The position numbers were made by a program, and so were the translations under genes. Source: Patescibacteria group bacterium (GTDB taxonomy: Bacteria > Patescibacteriota > WWE3 > UBA101185 > 2-01-FULL-41-18). From it: a DNA stretch of 64,000 nucleotides. Where the stretch lies: NCBI GenBank assembly GCA_038064575.1, contig JBBTST010000001.1, positions 35,650-99,649 of the forward strand. Direction: 5' to 3'. How positions within the stretch are numbered: position 1 is the stretch's first letter; the number at the start of each line of letters is the position of its first letter. The notes under the pieces were generated by a model. It saw only the letters and a list, made by a program, of their open reading frames with translations, made no database searches and was not told the DNA's origin. Positions 8,701 through 18,642 of the stretch are shown in pieces.

Positions 8701-10395
8701 AAAATGATATTTTTCATAGGGGGGCTTTTCAGTCAATTTATAACTCCTGTAATCAGCAAAGAAGTAGGTGCTAAGGAAAAGACTTCAGGAACTTTTTTCA
8801 AAATACTAGTAAGTTCTGCATTCTTTTCAACAATCTTTTATATAGCACTTGGATTGTTTGGTTCAACAACAGCACCTATACTGCTTGGAAACAAGGTAAT
8901 TCCCGTTACAAAATACCTTCCTCTTTATGGTCTTGCTATGCTTGCTTTTTCAGTTGCCAATAATATAACCGGTTACTATCAGATTAAAAAAATTAACGTT
9001 TTCCCAACCATGAGCCTAATTATAGCCGTAATAGAGCTTGTCCTTTTGAGTAAGTTTAGTAAAGACTTGCAAAGCGTAGTTAACGTTATACTTTTAACAA
9101 GTTTTCTCCAGCTTTTTTGGGCAGTGACCTTTAGCTTGATTATTGAAAACTCTTCATCTATTAGGAAAAACATTGCCTATCTTTATGGATTGTTTGATAA
9201 GAGAACCCCCTCACACAACCCACTTTCCTTAAATATTTTAATTTTTAACTGGAGGGATACAAAACATGTATGGGCGGGTGGCGCAGAGACCTATGTGTTT
9301 GATTTGGCAAAAAACTTAGTGAATAAAGGGCACAAAGTTACAATTTTTTGTGGGAACGACCATAATAATAAAGATTTTGAAGTAATGGAAGGTGTTGAGA
9401 TTTATAGAAGAGGCGGATTTTACACAGTTTACCTATGGGCTGCTATTTACTATTTGACAAAATTTAGATCTAAATTTGACTTTGTAATAGACAGTGTGAA
9501 CGGGATTCCCTTCTTTTCCCCGCTTTATGTGGAAGCACAGAAAGCTGTACTAATACACCATGTACACCAAGAGTATTTCAGAAGGTTTGTAAGATTTCCC
9601 GTAAATCATATAGCTTCATTTGTTGAAAAGTATTTGTTCTCACTAATGTATAGAGATGTTCAAGTGATCACTGTTTCCGAGTCTTCAAAAAAGGACATAG
9701 TCAATATTTTAAATTTTAATGAAGACTCTATAGACATAGTTAACCCCGGAATTAATATAGTAGTAAATAAAAGGTTAAAAAAAACTAAACAACCAACAAT
9801 CACCTATGTTGGAAGGCTTAGACATTATAAAAACATAGATTTGCTTATAAGATCCTTTTCCCAAATTTTAAAAGAGTGGCCAAAAGCTACTCTAGAAATT
9901 GTGGGAGATGGAGAGGCATCAAAAAAATTAAAACTTCTCACAAAAGATTTGAATTTATCCAAAAAGGTGACCTTTCATGGAAAGGTTTCTGATGCTGACA
10001 GAAACAAGGTTTTGACAAAAGCGTGGGTAATGGTGCAACCTTCATCATTTGAAGGATGGGGAATAACCGTAATTGAAGCAAATGCCTGTGGAACTCCTGT
10101 TATTGCCTCTGATGTGGTTGGGCTTAGAGACTCGGTTATTGCCAATAGAACAGGTTTACTATTTAGATTAGAAGACCCAAATGGCCTTACAAATACCCTA
10201 AAAAAGATACTTAGGGATGAAGTATTAAGAAAAGTGCTTTCTGAGTCTGCCAGGCAGTGGTCAGAAAACTTTTCTTGGAGCCAAAAAGCTGACGCAGTGC
10301 AAAGCATCATTCTAAGAAAGATCAACACTAACTACCTACTTAAAACAGATAGTAATCTAGCAAAGATAAAAGTGGAGGTAACAGATGAACGTTAG
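5731..10395 (+). CDS. four-module fusion: DPM1-like GT2 + membrane GT2 (cellulose-synthase-like) + Wzx-like flippase + GT4
   Basis: IIIPSRNE/DADLQYPP; YDAED, VTED, RQRSRW; ~12 TM block; GGAE, YVGRL, FEGWGITVIEANACG. Confidence 0.88.
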   Translation: MEKIDLSIIIPSRNEEGNVKPLYERLNKAFRNSKIEYEVLYIVDKSVDNTYEEASKYEQDERFIVHKKRGKPGKGYSIVEGCEYAKGEYVAFIDADLQYPPEALPEMYKIAKEHGVVVAKRITYKSTFLRRLGSRFNAFFFGKVLLGLDCDIQSGLKVFKRDVLQHLDLSTVGPWTFDIPLLHTSSELGYKIATYEIDFVDRYTGNSKVSFIKTGFGIASCALKTRLKKRAVYEIKPLNGGSIGAGMVFKKHRFVIHSKRPHHNSALHTFVFWQKLFIYCVITGASVGLYIDARVTAIMVFAVLNTLYFCDVIFNLIVILKSLHFPPELAFSAEEIKNIDESKLPKYTILCPLYKEVEILPHFVENVSKLDYPKNKLEVLLLLEEDDKDTQEIARLMHLPNYFRIVVVPHSQPKTKPKACNYGLHVASGELTVIYDAEDQPEPSQLKKAYLGFKNLPEKVVCLQAKLNYYNPSHNLLTRLFTAEYSLWFDVVLPGYQSINTAIPLGGTSNHFKTEMLKKLHGWDAFNVTEDCDLGVNLFKQGYKTAIIDSTTLEEANSDIKNWIRQRSRWIKGYMQTYLVHMRNPLELIKTYGWHSFIFHLVIGARMYFMLINPILWLMTFAYFALYAHVGPTIESLYPPAVFYMGAFSLVVGNFVALYNYMIGCAKRGHWNLIKFVYLVPLYWLLASIGAVMAFYQLLFKPHFWEKTHHGLHLKKARQLINLREVLINMQGVSIRAAKSGSFLVAAGLITNFLNYVYNAFLSRRVEVEDFGLISLVGSLFFIASIPLSALSRTITYKTAFLLGKFNLAPKTFWSNIRKIAFVFGIATTISWVLLIPYLMRYFNTTTPLPFLYFTPVWAIGILAAVDSGFISGNQKFNISAILIISEAIAKLAFTFLSLYLNNNDLIYAAIPVSLVVPFAIGWLYIVRQKVDQSKIKALNEALYFPKDFFLTSLFIKFSTVSSLSLDILIVKHILVAKDAGYYALIALVGKMIFFIGGLFSQFITPVISKEVGAKEKTSGTFFKILVSSAFFSTIFYIALGLFGSTTAPILLGNKVIPVTKYLPLYGLAMLAFSVANNITGYYQIKKINVFPTMSLIIAVIELVLLSKFSKDLQSVVNVILLTSFLQLFWAVTFSLIIENSSSIRKNIAYLYGLFDKRTPSHNPLSLNILIFNWRDTKHVWAGGAETYVFDLAKNLVNKGHKVTIFCGNDHNNKDFEVMEGVEIYRRGGFYTVYLWAAIYYLTKFRSKFDFVIDSVNGIPFFSPLYVEAQKAVLIHHVHQEYFRRFVRFPVNHIASFVEKYLFSLMYRDVQVITVSESSKKDIVNILNFNEDSIDIVNPGINIVVNKRLKKTKQPTITYVGRLRHYKNIDLLIRSFSQILKEWPKATLEIVGDGEASKKLKLLTKDLNLSKKVTFHGKVSDADRNKVLTKAWVMVQPSSFEGWGITVIEANACGTPVIASDVVGLRDSVIANRTGLLFRLEDPNGLTNTLKKILRDEVLRKVLSESARQWSENFSWSQKADAVQSIILRKINTNYLLKTDSNLAKIKVEVTDER

Positions 10396-11350
10396 AGCAA
10401 AAAAACTCAAAAATGAAAAGGCATTTGAAACCCTTGGTATCAAGGAGGTTTTTTTATACAAATTAAGAGATTTGATAAGTGGCCAAGCCGTCACAAAAGA
10501 ACCCCCCCATATACCTGATTTTAACCTTTTAGAGACAGTTAAACCGTTTGGGTCTGTAGGCAGCTATTTTATGGGAATATTTAGTAACACCAAAGAAGAG
10601 AAAGTTTTTGTAAAAACTTGGCGAGGAAACCACAAGGATTTAAACTACCTAACATTAATAAATGAAATAAGCTTCTATAAATTCTTTGAGAAAATGAGCA
10701 TTTCCCAAATAAAAACTCCAAAGATCAGGGCTATACATAATAAGTCATCAGAATTGTCAGTGGTATATGAATATATAGAAGGGAAAAAACTTGAAGAAAG
10801 CAGTACGGAACTAAAATTAAAAACTTATTGGGCAGTTATCAGCTTTCTTGACAACATTTCAGCAGATAAAAATTTGCTCATAAATTTTCCAAAAAGAACT
10901 TATTTTTCATATCTAGTTACTTTTTTACTAATACTTCCCTTAGCCCTAATAAATTATCCTTCAAAAGCGGCTAAGCTTATTAGTTCTGGAATTCTTTTTA
11001 CAAAGCTTATTACTATTAAAAATAATTTTCTTCCCTTAAGCTTATGCCATAGGGACTTAAATATGAGAAACATCCTAATTTCAAATAACACATCCTACCT
11101 CATAGACTTTCAATACACTCTCTTAACACTAAAAGAGTTTGAAATAGCCTCCACCATTAGAAGCCACATCAGGGAAAAGGAGTTTTTAGAAAAAATGCTA
11201 GCCAAAGTTAGAAACTCAAACAGTTTCAACACACAAATCTTAAGGCAAATGCTTATTTATTATGCAATTATGGGTCTTTGTGACAAACGCTTTAGAAAAG
11301 AAAGGGTAGAAGATTTTTTTGACTGTTTAAATTTGGCTTCTAACATATGA
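10385..11350 (+). CDS. APH/choline-kinase-like phosphotransferase
   Basis: VFVK, NE, YEYIEG, HRDLNMRNIL, LIDF; SD GGAGG; overlaps the upstream gene. Confidence 0.8.
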   Translation: MNVRAKKLKNEKAFETLGIKEVFLYKLRDLISGQAVTKEPPHIPDFNLLETVKPFGSVGSYFMGIFSNTKEEKVFVKTWRGNHKDLNYLTLINEISFYKFFEKMSISQIKTPKIRAIHNKSSELSVVYEYIEGKKLEESSTELKLKTYWAVISFLDNISADKNLLINFPKRTYFSYLVTFLLILPLALINYPSKAAKLISSGILFTKLITIKNNFLPLSLCHRDLNMRNILISNNTSYLIDFQYTLLTLKEFEIASTIRSHIREKEFLEKMLAKVRNSNSFNTQILRQMLIYYAIMGLCDKRFRKERVEDFFDCLNLASNI

Positions 11351-14300
11351 TTAAAACTGTAACAATAGGCATACCAGCCTATAATGAAGAAAAAAACATT
11401 AAAACCCTTCTGGAATCCCTTTTAAACCAAAAGCAGGAGGGTTGGGACCTTGATAAGATAATAATTTATTCCGATGCAAGTACTGATAACACCAACTCTA
11501 TTGTTGGAGAATTCACAAATAAAAGCCTTGTCCTTATTAAAGGCGCAAAGAGAAAAGGGATGTGTTATGGCCAAAAAACAATAAGCAAAATCACAAATTC
11601 CGACTTTCTTGTTTTTATAAATGCTGATGTACTACCTCAAGATGAAAATCTCATTACTAATCTTATAAAAAATGCGGATGACAAAACAGGTGTAGTTGGA
11701 GGTAAAGTTGTCCCTGCCAAAGCAGAGGGCTTCATGGAAAAAGTTTATAAATTCAACCATGAACTCAAGACAGCCATTTATGAAGATCCAAAAATGAGCG
11801 GTTCAATTTATCTTTGCCATGGGAGAATCAAGTGCCTAACCAGACAAATGTATACCAAAACCAGATATGAAGATGTAACGGCAGAGGATGCCTTTTTATA
11901 TTTGGAGTGCAAAAGACTAGGCTTAAAGTTTGTGTATGCCAAGAATGCCACTGTCATTTTTAGATCCCCTACCCATCTAGGTGACTACTTTAAACAAAGT
12001 TCAAGATTCATTGCGGGAAAGAAGGATCTTTATAAGTACTTTGATAAAATTAAGGTTGATAAAAACTACTTAATTCCAAAATCTATACTTGTGAAAAATA
12101 TATTAAGAGGGTTTATCAGAAATCCAATTCTAACAAGCATTAATGCAGCAACGTTTGGATTAAGTAATTTAAAAGCTCTTTCTGGCAAAACCAGTAATAA
12201 TAAAATTTTGTGGGATATGTCTTACTCGTCAAAAAGACTTATGCTTTCCAACTTGGAGTCGCCAAAAAAACTCAAGCTTGATGTTATAACCAAGTTTTTT
12301 TATCCGGTTAACGCTGGCATTGAAATGAACACTTTAGAAACCTACTCATTGTTAAATAAGAGGGAATTTGATGTAACAATTCACACAACTAAAGATTCTC
12401 TAACTAAAAAAAATGAGTTCAGAGAGAGCGATAATATAAAAGGTTTACCTATCAAAAGATATAAAAGCGGTAAGGTAGGCTTTCTTCCTGCAATAGATCT
12501 TAATAAAACAGATATTTTATGCTTACACAATTTTAATATTCACCCAATGGTTTATTACTTATTCCTATCCTGGGTTAAAAAAGTTATAAGAAGAAGAAAC
12601 TACAAGGTAATTCTAACCCCTCATGGGGGTTTCACCCCTGAGTGGAGAGTTTTTCCTCTGCACATTAAAATCCCAAAATTGTTAATTCACCGGCTTATTG
12701 GTAACTATTTAATAAACAATGGGGCTGATGCAATCAGGGCTGTATCTGAATGGGAAAAAGAAGAGATGATAAAAGCGGGGGTGAGAAAAGATTTAATAGA
12801 GGTAATCTCAAACGGCCTAGAAAATGAGGCTTTTGAGGACATTGATCATCTTGCATCAACTAAAGTTAGAGAGGAAGTGGGAAGCCTTGGGAAATATATA
12901 ATTCAGGTAGGCAGAATATTTCCAATCAAAAACTATCAAACCACTATCAAAGCTCTTAAGCTTTTACCTGAAGATTTAAGCTTTGCGATTTTGGGTCCTA
13001 TTGGAGATGATAACTATTTCCAAAAGTTGAAAGACTTAACAAAAACTCTTGGAGTGGAACAAAGAGTAAAGTTTCTTGGAGAAGCAAGAGGAATTGATAA
13101 ATACTATCTAATCAAAAAGTCCATAGCCATGGTACACATGGCAATTTGGGAAAGCTTTTGCAATGTAGTTCATGAAGCTATGAGTCAGGGTGTTATCTGT
13201 CTTGTAGCTAAAAACACAGCATTACCCTATCTTATAAAGGATAAAATTAATGGCTTTTGCATACCAACCCGGGACAGTAAAAAATTGGCAGACAGAATTA
13301 ATTTCATCTTAGACAGCAAAAATACATTCGTTGTAGACAAAATTAAAAAAACAAACCTGGAAACTGCTAGAGATCATTCATGGTCAAACACCTCACATAA
13401 AATGGGTGAGCTCTATAATGATACTTTTCTTGGAAAAAGGACTCATCAGGGATCATTCCTATTCAGTTTTCTGTTTTTTTTGACTGTGGCTGTTATTCTA
13501 GCCTCCTCGGTTAGAGGTATTCATGGAAACCCTTCTATAAATGACCTGAATTCAAAAAAATGGACGGATAAGGGCCCTCTTGAACTGTCACCTGAAAGAG
13601 GAAGATTTGCCCTAACATATTCACTGGTGGAAGAAAAGTCCTTCACATTTTCAGTTCCGGTGGCAAGATTTGCGACTCCTGATCTAGGTTTCAAAAACGG
13701 TAAATATGTCTCTATTTTTGCCCCGGGTATATCAGCTCTTGTAATCCCAGGCTACCTTTTTGGAAGATATCTTGGTGCTTCTCAATATGGAACTTTTCTT
13801 ATTATAGCTTTTTTTTCACTGCTTAATGCTGTCTTGATTAAAAAAATAACCAGAGAGTTGGGGGGTGGAGAAAGCGCTTCTTTTATAGCTGCACTAACTT
13901 ACCTCTTTGCAACTCCGGCCTTTGCATATGCTGTAAGTTTATACCAACACCATGTATCAGTCTTTCTCATATTATCCTCAATTTATATTATCTTAACTAA
14001 AAAGAGCAACTGGTGGTTACTAGTAATTTGGTTTTTATTTACCTTATCAATACCTATAGATTATCCAAATCTATTTCTTATGCTTCCTATCATGCTTGTG
14101 GCAGCAGAAAGGATAATTTATATAAAAAAGGAAGAGAAAAAAATAAAGATTACTTTTAAGACACTTGCTTCTTTGACTTTAATTTCCGCGCTAATACCTG
14201 TGGTAATGTTTCTTTGGTACAACAAGATGACTTATGGAAACCCCTTCCAGTTGGCAGGGACCGTAAGCCACATTCAGGCTATAGATGCCTCAGGCAACCC

Positions 14301-14994
14301 AACACTTTCAAGCTCTTCAAATAGCCAACAAACTCTTGATCTTAACAGAAGAAGGTCAGCTCTTAATTTTTTTAAAACAAGACATGAATTAAATGGTTTT
14401 TATGTATTTTTCCTGAGTAAAGATAGGGGTTTACCTTATTACACACCTATCAGCCTGCTTGCTTTAATAGCTCTTCCTTTTTTTATAAAGCGCAACCAAA
14501 AGATTGGGGCTGTATTTTTTTCAATTGTGGCAATTAATATCCTTCTATACTCAATGAGAGGAGATGTATGGGGTGGCTGGGCATTTGGAGCAAGATATCT
14601 TATACCTTCTTATGCTATTCTTTCAATAGTTCTTGGTGTTTATCTTTCTGGGAACAGAAACAAATTTGTTCTACTTTTTGTAACTTGTCTTTTTGCTTAT
14701 TCTTCCTATGTAAATACAATAGGCGCCTTAACTTCAAATGCTATTCCTCCTCAGGTTGAGGTTCTGGCACTGGAAAAACTTTCCGGCAGGGAAGAAAAAT
14801 ACACATTTCATAGAAGTCTGGATTTACTAAAGGCTAATTCATCAAAATCTTATATATATAATTCTTATTTGAAAGATAAACTTTCCGCCTTAGAGTATTT
14901 TAAGATTGTGCTTTTCTCAATTTACACACTATTTACAATTGTGATGCTAAAACAACTTTTTAAAAAGAAAGATGTATATGAGAGGCTTAATTGA
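11347..14994 (+). CDS. fusion: GT2 + GT4 + GT-C-like multi-TM domain
   Basis: IGIPAYNEE, DASTD, NADV; TPHG, VGRI, WESFCNVVHEAM; C-terminal polytopic domain with WGGWAFGARYLIP. Confidence 0.85.
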   Translation: MIKTVTIGIPAYNEEKNIKTLLESLLNQKQEGWDLDKIIIYSDASTDNTNSIVGEFTNKSLVLIKGAKRKGMCYGQKTISKITNSDFLVFINADVLPQDENLITNLIKNADDKTGVVGGKVVPAKAEGFMEKVYKFNHELKTAIYEDPKMSGSIYLCHGRIKCLTRQMYTKTRYEDVTAEDAFLYLECKRLGLKFVYAKNATVIFRSPTHLGDYFKQSSRFIAGKKDLYKYFDKIKVDKNYLIPKSILVKNILRGFIRNPILTSINAATFGLSNLKALSGKTSNNKILWDMSYSSKRLMLSNLESPKKLKLDVITKFFYPVNAGIEMNTLETYSLLNKREFDVTIHTTKDSLTKKNEFRESDNIKGLPIKRYKSGKVGFLPAIDLNKTDILCLHNFNIHPMVYYLFLSWVKKVIRRRNYKVILTPHGGFTPEWRVFPLHIKIPKLLIHRLIGNYLINNGADAIRAVSEWEKEEMIKAGVRKDLIEVISNGLENEAFEDIDHLASTKVREEVGSLGKYIIQVGRIFPIKNYQTTIKALKLLPEDLSFAILGPIGDDNYFQKLKDLTKTLGVEQRVKFLGEARGIDKYYLIKKSIAMVHMAIWESFCNVVHEAMSQGVICLVAKNTALPYLIKDKINGFCIPTRDSKKLADRINFILDSKNTFVVDKIKKTNLETARDHSWSNTSHKMGELYNDTFLGKRTHQGSFLFSFLFFLTVAVILASSVRGIHGNPSINDLNSKKWTDKGPLELSPERGRFALTYSLVEEKSFTFSVPVARFATPDLGFKNGKYVSIFAPGISALVIPGYLFGRYLGASQYGTFLIIAFFSLLNAVLIKKITRELGGGESASFIAALTYLFATPAFAYAVSLYQHHVSVFLILSSIYIILTKKSNWWLLVIWFLFTLSIPIDYPNLFLMLPIMLVAAERIIYIKKEEKKIKITFKTLASLTLISALIPVVMFLWYNKMTYGNPFQLAGTVSHIQAIDASGNPTLSSSSNSQQTLDLNRRRSALNFFKTRHELNGFYVFFLSKDRGLPYYTPISLLALIALPFFIKRNQKIGAVFFSIVAINILLYSMRGDVWGGWAFGARYLIPSYAILSIVLGVYLSGNRNKFVLLFVTCLFAYSSYVNTIGALTSNAIPPQVEVLALEKLSGREEKYTFHRSLDLLKANSSKSYIYNSYLKDKLSALEYFKIVLFSIYTLFTIVMLKQLFKKKDVYERLN

Positions 14995-16612
14995 CAAAAT
15001 CTTAACAATTGAACTATCACTAGATGCTTCCGTTCCAGAAAGATTTTTCAGACCTTTAGAGAAACATTTGTTTCTGCTAGTTTGTATTGTGCTGTCCCTA
15101 ATTTCTATTTCAAGTTTTTATTATTTTCATGAAAATAACTTAACTCTTGCTTATAATGACGCCAGATCACATCTCAATATTGGAAGAAGAGTTGTAGAAG
15201 GGCTTAAGCCTGGTATTGCTCAATTAGGCTCTGTTTGGCTGCCATTACCTCATGTTCTAATGATTCCAACCATTTGGAATGACTTCATGTGGCACACTGG
15301 ACTAGCAGGGGCATCCGTCAACATGATTGCCTTTGTAATAACGGGAATGTTTATTTTCTTATACCTTAAGGAACTCAAAGTTGGAACTTTGGGAAAAGTT
15401 AGTGCAGTACTAGTCTTTATTCTAAACATAAACATTTTATATCTTCAATCCACTGCAATGACTGAATTACTCCTTATTTTGACCATGACAGCCTCTTGCT
15501 ATGAGATGATGCAATATTTTAAAAAAGATGACATCCTGCATCTTATAAGAGGCGCCTTTTGGATAATGCTCACCACACTTACCAGATACGACGGGTGGTT
15601 TTTACTTGCAGTTTCTTCCTTTTTGATTGCATTAAAAACTCTCAGAAAAAGAGACTATAAAACCACTGAGGGAACATTACTTCTTTTTTGTACTCTGGCA
15701 GGTCTTGGGGTTGTCATGTGGTTTGCATGGAACCTCCTGATTTTTAAGGATCCCTTTTATTTTGCTTTTGGCCCTTTCTCCGCAAAAGCCCAGCAGGATC
15801 AAATTGAAAGTTCAGGTATGCTAATAACAAAAGGGGATTGGTTTCAATCCTTCAAATTTTATCTGTACGCGCTAATGTTTAATTCCGGTGCCTTTCAAAC
15901 CCTTTTAACATTTTTTGGCTTTTTTATTTTGTGGAAAGATAAAAAAGTTATAGCTGACATAAAAATGTCTTCAGTTCTGCTACTTTCACCCCTAATATTT
16001 AACATACTCGCTCTTTACTTAGGCCACTCAGTTCTTTTTATCCAAGGTTTATCAGGAAACACTTGGTTTAATGTAAGATATGGAGTTTTGTTAGCCCCTA
16101 CAATTGCAATAATAATAGGCTTTACTATAGACAGGCTAAAGGCTGTAAGACTGCCTTTGATAGGATTATTGACCTTGGTTACATTCTTTTCATTTACAAG
16201 CTTTGATGCAGTTACCATTGATGATGCACGTGTAGGTTCTAGCCAAAAAAATGTGGCAGAAGTTAGTGGTTGGTTAAGTGAACACGCAAAAAATGAGAAG
16301 GGTTTTATTCTTATTTCCGCAGCGTCTCATGATGCCATAATTTTTTCTTCAGGGCTTCCTATGAAACGCTTTATACATGAAGGAACAGGCCTCTACTGGG
16401 AATCAGCAACAAGCCTACCTGACAGATGGGCAAGATGGATAATAATGCGTACTCATGATGATAACGATTTAACATTTAAACTTGTCAAATTAACCCCTGG
16501 TCTTGAGAGATATAATAAAGTGGGTTCCTTCCCTTTTGCGGACATCTATGAAATCAAACCTGAGTATGTATCACAACTAAACACTGAACCCATATTAGGA
16601 AAGCAAAAATAG
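14972..16612 (+). CDS. GT-C (PMT/ArnT-like) membrane glycosyltransferase
   Basis: loop YNDARSHL...WLPLPH, STAMTE, TRYDGW, FNVRYG; about 11-13 TMs. Confidence 0.78.
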   Translation: MYMRGLIDKILTIELSLDASVPERFFRPLEKHLFLLVCIVLSLISISSFYYFHENNLTLAYNDARSHLNIGRRVVEGLKPGIAQLGSVWLPLPHVLMIPTIWNDFMWHTGLAGASVNMIAFVITGMFIFLYLKELKVGTLGKVSAVLVFILNINILYLQSTAMTELLLILTMTASCYEMMQYFKKDDILHLIRGAFWIMLTTLTRYDGWFLLAVSSFLIALKTLRKRDYKTTEGTLLLFCTLAGLGVVMWFAWNLLIFKDPFYFAFGPFSAKAQQDQIESSGMLITKGDWFQSFKFYLYALMFNSGAFQTLLTFFGFFILWKDKKVIADIKMSSVLLLSPLIFNILALYLGHSVLFIQGLSGNTWFNVRYGVLLAPTIAIIIGFTIDRLKAVRLPLIGLLTLVTFFSFTSFDAVTIDDARVGSSQKNVAEVSGWLSEHAKNEKGFILISAASHDAIIFSSGLPMKRFIHEGTGLYWESATSLPDRWARWIIMRTHDDNDLTFKLVKLTPGLERYNKVGSFPFADIYEIKPEYVSQLNTEPILGKQK

Positions 16613-16633
16613 ATTTTACGGTATAATCATTTG

Positions 16634-17872
16634 ATGAACAAAATTAAGACTATTATAAGAATATTTGTACTTTTGGCTTTCCTGTTTGGACAGGAAGCGG
16701 CCTTAGGATCACCGTGGTGGGACTTTCAATCTATAGATACTATGAAGTATTCAAGAGATCTTGCCAGAGAAAAAAAAGATAGTAAAGAGTTTGAGGAATC
16801 ACTAGCACTTCAAATTAAGGACATAACAGCAACAGGCGCAACTCACGTAGCTATAGCAACTCCTTATGATGAGGAATTTATTCCGTTCTTAAAGATGTGG
16901 GTTAAGGCTGCCAGGGAGAATGAGTTAAAGATCTGGTTCAGGGGCAATTTTTCCGGTTGGGAGGGTTGGTTTGACTACCCAAAAATATCAAGGGAGGAGC
17001 ACATTGAAAAAACCAAAAACTTCCTTAATAAAAATAAAGACTTATTTGAAGATGGAGATGTTTTTTCCGCTTGCCCCGAATGTGAAAATGGTGGCCCTGG
17101 GGACCCCAGAAGCAATGGTGATATAGAAGGACACAGAAAATTTTTGATAGAGGAATATAATATAACCTCAAAGTTCTTTCTTAATTCCAGAATAAAAGTC
17201 AAAACTACATATAACTCAATGAACGGAGATGTAGCAAGACTTATTATGAATCCTGAAACAACGCAAGCGCTAGGAGGAGTAGTTGTAGTTGATCATTATG
17301 TAAAAAACCCTGAACAGTTAGCAAAAGATGTTAAAGAGCTTGCAACTATCACTAAAGGCAAAGTAGTTTTAGGGGAATTTGGGGCTCCAATACCTGATAT
17401 CCATGATTGGAGTGATGATGTAAGACAAGCCCGATGGCTTTCAGATACTCTCTCAAAACTTTCTACAATTCCAGAATTGGAGGGTCTTAGCTACTGGACT
17501 AATTTAGATGGGTCCACCCAAATCTGGAATAAACCGGGAAACCCAAGGAAAGCCGCTTTGACTCTTGAATCTTATTACAAACCTATGGAATACAAAGTGA
17601 GGTTTATTAATGAACTTGATGAACCAATTATGGGAGTTTTAATACAAAGCCAAAGAAAACAGTCCGTATCAAATTCAAAAGGAGAAACGGGAATTGCTTT
17701 TCTGGAATCGGACACAAAAGCCCATGCCCTTTCGGGAGAATACATTAGAAAAGAGTTGGACCTTAAGAAAAACACGGAGCAAGAAACGATTGTACTTAAA
17801 AAAAAGAACGAGGATTTAATTTTTATGTTCAAAAAGTTCTTCAAAAAATTTTGGGGTAACTTAAGCGAGTAA
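16634..17872 (+). CDS. secreted glycoside-hydrolase-like (clan GH-A TIM barrel) protein
   Basis: signal peptide; candidate catalytic Glu in PECENG and VVLGEFG; TATAAT 6 nt before ATG. Confidence 0.6.
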   Translation: MNKIKTIIRIFVLLAFLFGQEAALGSPWWDFQSIDTMKYSRDLAREKKDSKEFEESLALQIKDITATGATHVAIATPYDEEFIPFLKMWVKAARENELKIWFRGNFSGWEGWFDYPKISREEHIEKTKNFLNKNKDLFEDGDVFSACPECENGGPGDPRSNGDIEGHRKFLIEEYNITSKFFLNSRIKVKTTYNSMNGDVARLIMNPETTQALGGVVVVDHYVKNPEQLAKDVKELATITKGKVVLGEFGAPIPDIHDWSDDVRQARWLSDTLSKLSTIPELEGLSYWTNLDGSTQIWNKPGNPRKAALTLESYYKPMEYKVRFINELDEPIMGVLIQSQRKQSVSNSKGETGIAFLESDTKAHALSGEYIRKELDLKKNTEQETIVLKKKNEDLIFMFKKFFKKFWGNLSE

Positions 17873-17961
17873 GTTTCTATCTAAATAAAGTTGGTTTGCA
17901 CATGCCTATAATTGATGGTACATTACTATAAGATAATTGTTTCCTGCTCAACTCATATATT

Positions 17962-18630
17962 ATGGAAAAAAGCAGGATTTTTTTGTCACTTGCTATAACT
18001 TTATACATAGCTTTCAACTCTCAACTAGTAGGGCTTAATGCTTATGCCTCAGAAAATAACTCGGAAAACACCTCTATAACTAAACCTAATTTCCCGTCAT
18101 GTGAAGATCCGGAAGGCCAGCTTAAGGCTTCTTATCCCAATGGAACACATGGGGTTCCCGGGGATACAACCACATACACAGGAAGAGACACAGTTTACAC
18201 CCTTTCTGACAACACTCTCATTCAATGTCTTTGTACCGACCAAGGAAAAGGAATCCAAACTAATTGGTGGAAAGTATCAAGCCTGACTGAAAATGAAATC
18301 AATCAGCTAAAAGCGGAAGGTTGGATTTTTGTCCCAAACGGTTCTGCTTGGGGCTTGGAAGAAACTACTTATATGGCTAAAAATGAAAGCTTTTCTTGCG
18401 GTGATCGGGAAGGAGATGATGAGGACAATGATGAAGACAAAAGCTCGCAAGATAAAAATGACAAATATGATAACTCTGACCAGGGTCAAATCCTTGCAAC
18501 AGCTACCAAAGGAATTGGAGGGATATTAGGGCTTGCCGCCACAGGAAATGCTTCTGTTATTTACCTATTCATAACAGTCGGAGCATTAGCGCTTGTACTT
18601 TCAATTCTTCTAAATAGAAAAGATTCTTAG
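17962..18630 (+). CDS. sortase-sorted surface protein (LAATG signal)
   Basis: signal peptide, 4-Cys domain, acidic linker, LAATG + TM + NRK tail; adjacent to sortase. Confidence 0.75.
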   Translation: MEKSRIFLSLAITLYIAFNSQLVGLNAYASENNSENTSITKPNFPSCEDPEGQLKASYPNGTHGVPGDTTTYTGRDTVYTLSDNTLIQCLCTDQGKGIQTNWWKVSSLTENEINQLKAEGWIFVPNGSAWGLEETTYMAKNESFSCGDREGDDEDNDEDKSSQDKNDKYDNSDQGQILATATKGIGGILGLAATGNASVIYLFITVGALALVLSILLNRKDS

Positions 18631-18642
18631 AGGTGAAAATCT

